From NCBI GenBank assembly GCA_964057225.1, contig OZ059896.1, positions 5,828,001 to 5,892,000 of the forward strand: a stretch of DNA of 64,000 bases, in the 5' to 3' direction. This document shows positions 1 through 10,300 of the stretch, piece by piece; position 1 is the stretch's first letter; each line of letters begins with the position of its first letter. The DNA is from Auanema rhodensis. Lineage: Eukaryota; Animalia; Nematoda. The notes under the pieces were generated by a model, which made no database searches, was not told the DNA's origin, and saw only the letters and a list, made by a program, of their open reading frames with translations. A program made the position numbers and the translations under genes.

Positions 1-124
1 AAAATAATTTAGTAAAAAGTAGATGTTTTTAGATTCCTTTTTTCAAGGCAAAAACGATGGACAATGTTATTCAACGAAAAAATTGATTCTTCAGGGTGAA
101 AATCGAGGATATAAGTGTGAACTT

Positions 125-138
125 ATATCAGTTGATAT
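125..138. other. Short dyad atatca-gt-tgatat (each full-length monomer)
   Basis: 6-bp arms with a 2-nt spacer. The left arm and spacer are lost in the 343-bp variant. Confidence 0.75.
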
Positions 139-139
139 C

Positions 140-206
140 TCGGTGCATTTTTAAGCTAGCGCAAATCTGATAACACAGATCGACGCAGCTTAAAAATCCG
201 CATCGA
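140..206. other. Imperfect inverted repeat (hairpin/cruciform candidate) present in each monomer; first copy shown
   Basis: Paired segments are tcggtgc 140-146 / gcatcga 200-206 (one G.T), atttttaagct 147-157 / agcttaaaaat 187-197 (perfect 11 bp in T152 units), gcg 159-161 / cgc 184-186 and atctg 165-169 / cagat 176-180. The loop is 170-175. Confidence 0.85.
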
Positions 207-280
207 ATGCACTATACTACATTGAGAAAAGCTAAATACAAAAATTAGTTATGATCGTTTGAAAAATGATGCATTAGTGT

Positions 281-308
281 ATGTTGAGTTTCCATGTACA
301 CTCAAAAT
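281..308. other. Dyad atgttgagt-N10-actcaa[a/c]at (8/9 paired in consensus, 9/9 in units with C306 and A287)
   Basis: The reverse complement of atgttgagt is actcaacat. A perfect copy lies at 50767-50794. Confidence 0.75.
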
Positions 309-331
309 TGCTTCCAAAAACATTTTGACAA

Positions 332-350
332 AAATTTTTTCGAAAAATTT
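332..350. other. A/T-tract palindrome aaa-t-tttttcgaaaaa-ttt at the monomer junction
   Basis: Perfect 12-bp palindrome tttttcgaaaaa at 336-347, extendable by 3 bp with one bulged T. Confidence 0.75.
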
Positions 351-3300
351 CAGAATAATTTAGCAAAAAGTAGATGTTTTTAGATTCCTTTTTTCAAGGC
401 AAAAACGATGGACAATGTCATTCAACGAAAAAATTAATTCTTCAGGGTGAAAATCGAGGATATATGTGTGAACTTATATCAGTTGATATCTCGGTGCATT
501 TTCAAGCTAGCGCAAATCTGATAACACAGATCGACGCAGCTTAAAAATCCGCATCGAATGCACTATACTACATTGAGAAAAGCTAAATACAAAAATTAGT
601 TATGATCGTTTGAAAAATGATGCATTAGTGTATGTTGAGTTTCCATGTACACTCAAAATTGCTTCCAAAAACATTTTGACAAAAATTTTTTCGAAAAATT
701 TCAGAATAATTTAGCAAAAAGTAGATGTTTTTAGATTCCTTTTTTCAAGACAAAAACGATGGACAATGTCATTCAACGAAAAAATTAATTCTTCAGGGTG
801 AAAATCGAGGATATAGGTGTGAACTTATATCAGTTGATATCTCGGTGCATTTTCAAGCTAGCGCAAATCTGATAACACAGATCGACGCAGCTTAAAAATC
901 CGCATCGAATGCACTATACTACATTGAGAAAAGCTAAATACAAAAATTAGTTATGATCGTTTGAAAAATGATGCATTAGTGTATGTTGAGTTTCCATGTA
1001 CACTCAAAATTGCTTCCAAAAACATTTTGACAAAAATTTTTTCGAAAAATTTCAGAATAATTTAGCAAAAAGTAGATGTTTTTAGATTCCTTTTTTCAAG
1101 GCAAAAACGATGGACAATGTCATTCAACGAAAAAATTAATTCTTCAGGGTGAAAATCGAGGATATAGGTGTGAACTTATATCAGTTGATATCTCGGTGCA
1201 TTTTTAAGCTAGCGCAAATCTGATAACACAGATCGACGCAGCTTAAAAATCCGCATCGAATGCACTATACTACATTGAGAAACGCTTAATACAAAAATTA
1301 GTTATGATCGTTTGAAAAATGATGCATTAGTGTATGTTGAGTTTCCATGTACACTCAAAATTGCTTCCAAAAACATTTTGACAAAAATTTTTTCGAAAAA
1401 TTTCAGAATAATTTAGCAAAAAGTAGATGTTTTTAGATTCCTTTTTTCAAGGCAAAAACGATGGACAATGTTATTCAACGAAAAAATTGATTCTTCAAGG
1501 TGAAAATCGAGGATATAGGTGTGAACTTATATCAGTTGATATCTCGGTGCATTTTTAAGCTAGCGCAAATCTGATAACACAGATCGACGCAGCTTAAAAA
1601 TCCGCATCGAATGCACTATACTACATTGAGAAACGCTTAATACAAAAATTAGTTATGATCGTTTGAAAAATGATGCATTAGTGTATGTTGAGTTTCCATG
1701 TACACTCAAAATTGCTTCCAAAAACATTTTGACAAAAATTTTTTCGAAAAATTTCAGAATAATTTAGCAAAAAGTAGATGTTTTTAGATTCCTTTTTTCA
1801 AGGCAAAAACGATGGACAATGTTATTCAACGAAAAAATTAATTCTTCAGGGTGAAAATCGAGGATATAGGTGTGAACTTATATCAGTTGATATCTCGGTG
1901 CATTTTTAAGCTAGCGCAAATCTGATAACACAGATCGACGCAGCTTAAAAATCCGCATCGAATGCACTATACTACATTGAGAAAAGCTAAATACAAAAAT
2001 TAGTTATGATCGTTTGAAAAATGATGCATTAGTGTATGTTGAGTTTCCATGTACACTCAAAATTGCTTCCAAAAACATTTTGACAAAAATTTTTTCGAAA
2101 AATTTCAGAATAATTTAGCAAAAAGTAGATGTTTTTAGATTCCTTTTTTCAAGGCAAAAACGATGGACAATGTCATTCAACGAAAAAATTAATTCTTCAG
2201 GGTGAAAATCGAGGATATAGGTGTGAACTTATATCAGTTGATATCTCGGTGCATTTTCAAGCTAGCGCAAATCTGATAACACAGATCGACGCAGCTTAAA
2301 AATCCGCATCGAATGCACTATACTACATTGAGAAAAGCTAAATACAAAAATTAGTTATGATCGTTTGAAAAATGATGCATTAGTGTATGTTGAGTTTCCA
2401 TGTACACTCAAAATTGCTTCCAAAAACATTTTGACAAAAATTTTTTCGAAAAATTTCAGAATAATTTAGCAAAAAGTAGATGTTTTTAGATTCCTTTTTT
2501 CAAGGCAAAAACGATGGACAATGTCATTCAACGAAAAAATTAATTCTTCAGGGTGAAAATCGAGGATATAGGTGTGAACTTATATCAGTTGATATCTCGG
2601 TGCATTTTTAAGCTAGCGCAAATCTGATAACACAGATCGACGCAGCTTAAAAATCCGCATCGAATGCACTATACTACATTGAGAAACGCTTAATACAAAA
2701 ATTAGTTATGATCGTTTGAAAAATGATGCATTAGTGTATGTTGAGTTTCCATGTACACTCAAAATTGCTTCCAAAAACATTTTGACAAAAATTTTTTCGA
2801 AAAATTTCAGAATAATTTAGCAAAAAGTAGAAGTTTTTAGATTCCTTTTTTCAAGGCAAAAACGATGGACAATGTCATTCAACGAAAAAATTAATTCTTC
2901 AGGGTGAAAATCGAGGATATAGGTGTGAACTTATATCAGTTGATATCTCGGTGCATTTTCAAGCTAGCGCAAATCTGATAACACAGATCGACGCAGCTTA
3001 AAAATCCGCATCGAATGCACTATACTACATTAAGAAAAGCTTAATACAAAAATTAGTTATGATCGTTTGAAAAATGATGCATTAGTGTATGTTGAGTTTC
3101 CATGTACACTCAAAATTGCTTCCAAAAACATTTTGACAAAAATTTTTTCGAAAAATTTCAGAATAATTTAGCAAAAAGTAGATGTTTTTAGATTCCTTTT
3201 TTCAAGGCAAAAACGATGGACAATGTTATTCAACGAAAAAATTGATTCTTCAAGGTGAAAATCGAGGATATAGGTGTGAACTTATATCAGTTGATATCTC

Positions 3301-4212
3301 GGTGCATTTTTAAGCTAGCGCAAATCTGATAACACAGATCGACGCAGCTTAAAAATCCGCATCGAATGCACTATACTACATTGAGAAAAGCTAAATACAA
3401 AAATTAGTTATGATCGTTTGAAAAATGATGCATTAGTGTATGTTGAGTTTCCATGTACACTCAAAATTGCTTCCAAAAACATTTTGACAAAAATTTTTTC
3501 GAAAAATTTCAGAATAATTTAGCAAAAAGTAGATGTTTTTAGATTCCTTTTTTCAAGGCAAAAACGATGGACAATGTCATTCAACGAAAAAATTAATTCT
3601 TCAGGGTGAAAATCGAGGATATAGGTGTGAACTTATATCAGTTGATATCTCGGTGCATTTTCAAGCTAGCGCAAATCTGATAACACAGATCGACGCAGCT
3701 TAAAAATCCGCATCGAATGCACTATACTACATTGAGAAAAGCTAAATACAAAAATTAGTTATGATCGTTTGAAAAATGATGCATTAGTGTATGTTGAGTT
3801 TCCATGTACACTCAAAATTGCTTCCAAAAACATTTTGACAAAAATTTTTTCGAAAAATTTCAGAATAATTTAGCAAAAAGTAGATGTTTTTAGATTCCTT
3901 TTTTCAAGGCAAAAACGATGGACAATGTCATTCAACGAAAAAATTAATTCTTCAGGGTGAAAATCGAGGATATAGGTGTGAACTTATATCAGTTGATATC
4001 TCGGTGCATTTTCAAGCTAGCGCAAATCTGATAACACAGATCGACGCAGCTTAAAAATCCGCATCGAATGCACTATACTACATTGAGAAAAGCTAAATAC
4101 AAAAATTAGTTATGATCGTTTGAAAAATGATGCATTAGTGTATGTTGAGTTTCCATGTACACTCAAAATTGCTTCCAAAAACATTTTGACAAAAATTTTT
4201 TCGAAAAATTTC

Positions 4213-7200
4213 AGAATAATTTAGCAAAAAGTAGATGTTTTTAGATTCCTTTTTTCAAGGCAAAAACGATGGACAATGTTATTCAACGAAAAAATTGATT
4301 CTTCAAGGTGAAAATCGAGGATATAGGTGTGAACTTATATCAGTTGATATCTCGGTGCATTTTTAAGCTAGCGCAAATCTGATAACACAGATCGACGCAG
4401 CTTAAAAATCCGCATCGAATGCACTATACTACATTGAGAAAAGCTAAATACAAAAATTAGTTATGATCGTTTGAAAAATGATGCATTAGTGTATGTTGAG
4501 TTTCCATGTACACTCAAAATTGCTTCCAAAAACATTTTGACAAAAATTTTTTCGAAAAATTTCAGAATAATTTAGCAAAAAGTAGATGTTTTTAGATTCC
4601 TTTTTTCAAGGCAAAAACGATGGACAATGTCATTCAACGAAAAAATTAATTCTTCAGGGTGAAAATCGAGGATATAGGTGTGAACTTATATCAGTTGATA
4701 TCTCGGTGCATTTTCAAGCTAGCGCAAATCTGATAACACAGATCGACGCAGCTTAAAAATCCGCATCGAATGCACTATACTACATTGAGAAAAGCTAAAT
4801 ACAAAAATTAGTTATGATCGTTTGAAAAATGATGCATTAGTGTATGTTGAGTTTCCATGTACACTCAAAATTGCTTCCAAAAACATTTTGACAAAAATTT
4901 TTTCGAAAAATTTCAGAATAATTTAGCAAAAAGTAGATGTTTTTAGATTCCTTTTTTCAAGGCAAAAACGATGGACAATGTTATTCAACGAAAAAATTGA
5001 TTCTTCAAGGTGAAAATCGAGGATATAGGTGTGAACTTATATCAGTTGATATCTCGGTGCATTTTTAAGCTAGCGCAAATCTGATAACACAGATCGACGC
5101 AGCTTAAAAATCCGCATCGAATGCACTATACTACATTGAGAAAAGCTAAATACAAAAATTAGTTATGATCGTTTGAAAAATGATGCATTAGTGTATGTTG
5201 AGTTTCCATGTACACTCAAAATTGCTTCCAAAAACATTTTGACAAAAATTTTTTCGAAAAATTTCAGAATAATTTAGCAAAAAGTAGATGTTTTTAGATT
5301 CCTTTTTTCAAGGCAAAAACGATGGACAATGTCATTCAACGAAAAAATTAATTCTTCAGGGTGAAAATCGAGGATATAGGTGTGAACTTATATCAGTTGA
5401 TATCTCGGTGCATTTTCAAGCTAGCGCAAATCTGATAACACAGATCGACGCAGCTTAAAAATCCGCATCGAATGCACTATACTACATTGAGAAAAGCTAA
5501 ATACAAAAATTAGTTATGATCGTTTGAAAAATGATGCATTAGTGTATGTTGAGTTTCCATGTACACTCAAAATTGCTTCCAAAAACATTTTGACAAAAAT
5601 TTTTTCGAAAAATTTCAGAATAATTTAGCAAAAAGTAGATGTTTTTAGATTCCTTTTTTCAAGGCAAAAACGATGGACAATGTTATTCAACGAAAAAATT
5701 GATTCTTCAAGGTGAAAATCGAGGATATAGGTGTGAACTTATATCAGTTGATATCTCGGTGCATTTTTAAGCTAGCGCAAATCTGATAACACAGATCGAC
5801 GCAGCTTAAAAATCCGCATCGAATGCACTATACTACATTGAGAAAAGCTAAATACAAAAATTAGTTATGATCGTTTGAAAAATGATGCATTAGTGTATGT
5901 TGAGTTTCCATGTACACTCAAAATTGCTTCCAAAAACATTTTGACAAAAATTTTTTCGAAAAATTTCAGAATAATTTAGCAAAAAGTAGATGTTTTTAGA
6001 TTCCTTTTTTCAAGGCAAAAACGATGGACAATGTCATTCAACGAAAAAATTAATTCTTCAGGGTGAAAATCGAGGATATAGGTGTGAACTTATATCAGTT
6101 GATATCTCGGTGCATTTTCAAGCTAGCGCAAATCTGATAACACAGATCGACGCAGCTTAAAAATCCGCATCGAATGCACTATACTACATTGAGAAAAGCT
6201 AAATACAAAAATTAGTTATGATCGTTTGAAAAATGATGCATTAGTGTATGTTGAGTTTCCATGTACACTCAAAATTGCTTCCAAAAACATTTTGACAAAA
6301 ATTTTTTCGAAAAATTTCAGAATAATTTAGCAAAAAGTAGATGTTTTTAGATTCCTTTTTTCAAGGCAAAAACGATGGACAATGTTATTCAACGAAAAAA
6401 TTGATTCTTCAAGGTGAAAATCGAGGATATAGGTGTGAACTTATATCAGTTGATATCTCGGTGCATTTTTAAGCTAGCGCAAATCTGATAACACAGATCG
6501 ACGCAGCTTAAAAATCCGCATCGAATGCACTATACTACATTGAGAAAAGCTAAATACAAAAATTAGTTATGATCGTTTGAAAAATGATGCATTAGTGTAT
6601 GTTGAGTTTCCATGTACACTCAAAATTGCTTCCAAAAACATTTTGACAAAAATTTTTTCGAAAAATTTCAGAATAATTTAGCAAAAAGTAGATGTTTTTA
6701 GATTCCTTTTTTCAAGGCAAAAACGATGGACAATGTCATTCAACGAAAAAATTAATTCTTCAGGGTGAAAATCGAGGATATAGGTGTGAACTTATATCAG
6801 TTGATATCTCGGTGCATTTTCAAGCTAGCGCAAATCTGATAACACAGATCGACGCAGCTTAAAAATCCGCATCGAATGCACTATACTACATTGAGAAAAG
6901 CTAAATACAAAAATTAGTTATGATCGTTTGAAAAATGATGCATTAGTGTATGTTGAGTTTCCATGTACACTCAAAATTGCTTCCAAAAACATTTTGACAA
7001 AAATTTTTTCGAAAAATTTCAGAATAATTTAGCAAAAAGTAGATGTTTTTAGATTCCTTTTTTCAAGGCAAAAACGATGGACAATGTTATTCAACGAAAA
7101 AATTGATTCTTCAAGGTGAAAATCGAGGATATAGGTGTGAACTTATATCAGTTGATATCTCGGTGCATTTTTAAGCTAGCGCAAATCTGATAACACAGAT

Positions 7201-7371
7201 CGACGCAGCTTAAAAATCCGCATCGAATGCACTATACTACATTGAGAAAAGCTAAATACAAAAATTAGTTATGATCGTTTGAAAAATGATGCATTAGTGT
7301 ATGTTGAGTTTCCATGTACACTCAAAATTGCTTCCAAAAACATTTTGACAAAAATTTTTTCGAAAAATTTC
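4213..7371. repeat. Local dimeric higher-order repeat (702 bp x 4.5)
   Basis: Units alternate strictly. Type A (T68,G85,A94,T152) starts at 4213, 4915, 5617, 6319 and 7021. Type B (C68,A85,G94,C152) starts at 4564, 5266, 5968 and 6670. Confidence 0.9.
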
Positions 7372-10300
7372 AGAATAATTTAGCAAAAAGTAGATGTTTT
7401 TAGATTCCTTTTTTCAAGGCAAAAACGATGGACAATGTTATTCAACGAAAAAATTGATTCTTCAAGGTGAAAATCGAGGATATAGGTGTGAACTTATATC
7501 AGTTGATATCTCGGTGCATTTTTAAGCTAGCGCAAATCTGATAACACAGATCGACGCAGCTTAAAAATCCGCATCGAATGCACTATACTACATTGAGAAA
7601 AGCTAAATACAAAAATTAGTTATGATCGTTTGAAAAATGATGCATTAGTGTATGTTGAGTTTCCATGTACACTCAAAATTGCTTCCAAAAACATTTTGAC
7701 AAAAATTTTTTCGAAAAATTTCAGAATAATTTAGCAAAAAGTAGATGTTTTTAGATTCCTTTTTTCAAGGCAAAAACGATGGACAATGTTATTCAACGAA
7801 AAAATTAATTCTTCAGGGTGAAAATCGAGGATATAGGTGTGAACTTATATCAGTTGATATCTCGGTGCATTTTTAAGCTAGCGCAAATCTGATAACACAG
7901 ATCGACGCAGCTTAAAAATCCGCATCGAATGCACTATACTACATTGAGAAACGCTTAATACAAAAATTAGTTATGATCGTTTGAAAAATGATGCATTAGT
8001 GTATGTTGAGTTTCCATGTACACTCAAAATTGCTTCCAAAAACATTTTGACAAAAATTTTTTCGAAAAATTTCAGAATAATTTAGCAAAAAGTAGATGTT
8101 TTTAGATTCCTTTTTTCAAGGCAAAAACGATGGACAATGTCATTCAACGAAAAAATTAATTCTTCAGGGTGAAAATCGAGGATATAGGTGTGAACTTATA
8201 TCAGTTGATATCTCGGTGCATTTTCAAGCTAGCGCAAATCTGATAACACAGATCGACGCAGCTTAAAAATCCGCATCGAATGCACTATACTACATTGAGA
8301 AAAGCTAAATACAAAAATTAGTTATGATCGTTTGAAAAATGATGCATTAGTGTATGTTGAGTTTCCATGTACACTCAAAATTGCTTCCAAAAACATTTTG
8401 ACAAAAATTTTTTCGAAAAATTTCAGAATAATTTAGCAAAAAGTAGATGTTTTTAGATTCCTTTTTTCAAGGCAAAAACGATGGACAATGTCATTCAACG
8501 AAAAAATTAATTCTTCAGGGTGAAAATCGAGGATATAGGTGTGAACTTATATCAGTTGATATCTCGGTGCATTTTCAAGCTAGCGCAAATCTGATAACAC
8601 AGATCGACGCAGCTTAAAAATCCGCATCGAATGCACTATACTACATTGAGAAAAGCTAAATACAAAAATTAGTTATGATCGTTTGAAAAATGATGCATTA
8701 GTGTATGTTGAGTTTCCATGTACACTCAAAATTGCTTCCAAAAACATTTTGACAAAAATTTTTTCGAAAAATTTCAGAATAATTTAGCAAAAAGTAGATG
8801 TTTTTAGATTCCTTTTTTCAAGGCAAAAACGATGGACAATGTCATTCAACGAAAAAATTAATTCTTCAGGGTGAAAATCGAGGATATAGGTGTGAACTTA
8901 TATCAGTTGATATCTCGGTGCATTTTCAAGCTAGCGCAAATCTGATAACACAGATCGACGCAGCTTAAAAATCCGCATCGAATGCACTATACTACATTAA
9001 GAAAAGCTTAATACAAAAATTAGTTATGATCGTTTGAAAAATGATGCATTAGTGTATGTTGAGTTTCCATGTACACTCAAAATTGCTTCCAAAAACATTT
9101 TGACAAAAATTTTTTCGAAAAATTTCAGAATAATTTAGCAAAAAGTAGATGTTTTTAGATTCCTTTTTTCAAGGCAAAAACGATGGACAATGTTATTCAA
9201 CGAAAAAATTGATTCTTCAAGGTGAAAATCGAGGATATAGGTGTGAACTTATATCAGTTGATATCTCGGTGCATTTTCAAGCTAGCGCAAATCTGATAAC
9301 ACAGATCGACGCAGCTTAAAAATCCGCATCGAATGCACTATACTACATTGAGAAAAGCTAAATACAAAAATTAGTTATGATCGTTTGAAAAATGATGCAT
9401 TAGTGTATGTTGAGTTTCCATGTACACTCAAAATTGCTTCCAAAAACATTTTGACAAAAATTTTTTCGAAAAATTTCAGAATAATTTAGCAAAAAGTAGA
9501 TGTTTTTAGATTCCTTTTTTCAAGGCAAAAACGATGGACAATGTCATTCAACGAAAAAATTAATTCTTCAGGGTGAAAATCGAGGATATAGGTGTGAACT
9601 TATATCAGTTGATATCTCGGTGCATTTTCAAGCTAGCGCAAATCTGATAACACAGATCGACGCAGCTTAAAAATCCGCATCGAATGCACTATACTACATT
9701 GAGAAAAGCTTAATACAAAAATTAGTTATGATCGTTTGAAAAATGATGCATTAGTGTATGTTGAGTTTCCATGTACACTCAAAATTGCTTCCAAAAACAT
9801 TTTGACAAAAATTTTTTCGAAAAATTTCAGAATAATTTAGCAAAAAGTAGATGTTTTTAGATTCCTTTTTTCAAGGCAAAAACGATGGACAATGTTATTC
9901 AACGAAAAAATTGATTCTTCAAGGTGAAAATCGAGGATATAGGTGTGAACTTATATCAGTTGATATCTCGGTGCATTTTTAAGCTAGCGCAAATCTGATA
10001 ACACAGATCGACGCAGCTTAAAAATCCGCATCGAATGCACTATACTACATTGAGAAAAGCTAAATACAAAAATTAGTTATGATCGTTTGAAAAATGATGC
10101 ATTAGTGTATGTTGAGTTTCCATGTACACTCAAAATTGCTTCCAAAAACATTTTGACAAAAATTTTTTCGAAAAATTTCAGAATAATTTAGCAAAAAGTA
10201 GATGTTTTTAGATTCCTTTTTTCAAGGCAAAAACGATGGACAATGTCATTCAACGAAAAAATTAATTCTTCAGGGTGAAAATCGAGGATATAGGTGTGAA

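Larger units (their letters stand above)
1..351 (+). repeat. Reference monomer (351 bp). Single EcoRV (m134-139), NheI (m155-160), NsiI (m269-274), BsrGI (m295-300) and BstBI (m339-344) sites in most units
   Basis: Read directly. The consensus has 109/351 G+C and 11 CpG (hand count). Confidence 0.97.

Noticed and set aside
75-342. 10-bp inverted repeat cgaaaaaatt (m75-84) / aattttttcg (m333-342) as TIRs
   Set aside because: The match is low complexity, has no target-site duplication, and is plausible by chance in A/T-tract-rich sequence.
1-351. 5S rRNA, tRNA, snRNA or SL-RNA tandem gene unit
   Set aside because: I could not recognise a conserved 5S or snRNA sequence, a cloverleaf or A/B boxes.
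1-351. Internal ~175-bp dimeric substructure, and an excess of 6-bp palindromes
   Set aside because: The two halves do not align convincingly by eye, and the number of 6-bp palindromes is no more than expected at ~69% AT.
338-354. CENP-B box-like motif (TTCG....A..CGGG)
   Set aside because: Only TTCG and the central A match; the CGGG half is absent.
392-445. Hammerhead ribozyme/retrozyme (tandem ~350-bp units; CUGAAGA on the - strand at m88-94 with GAAA at m41-44; ctgata on the + strand)
   Set aside because: No stem II closes between CUGAAGA and GAAA, no stems I/III are evident, and the motif is lost in A94 units. The + strand ctgataa/ctgatag does not match CUGANGA. An Infernal/Rfam scan would settle it.
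374-544. Short ORF at m23-193 (56 aa, MFLDSFFQGKNDGQ...QIDAA) in C152 units
   Set aside because: It is truncated to 43 aa in T152 units and frameshifted in deletion units, has no recognisable motif, and its length is compatible with chance.
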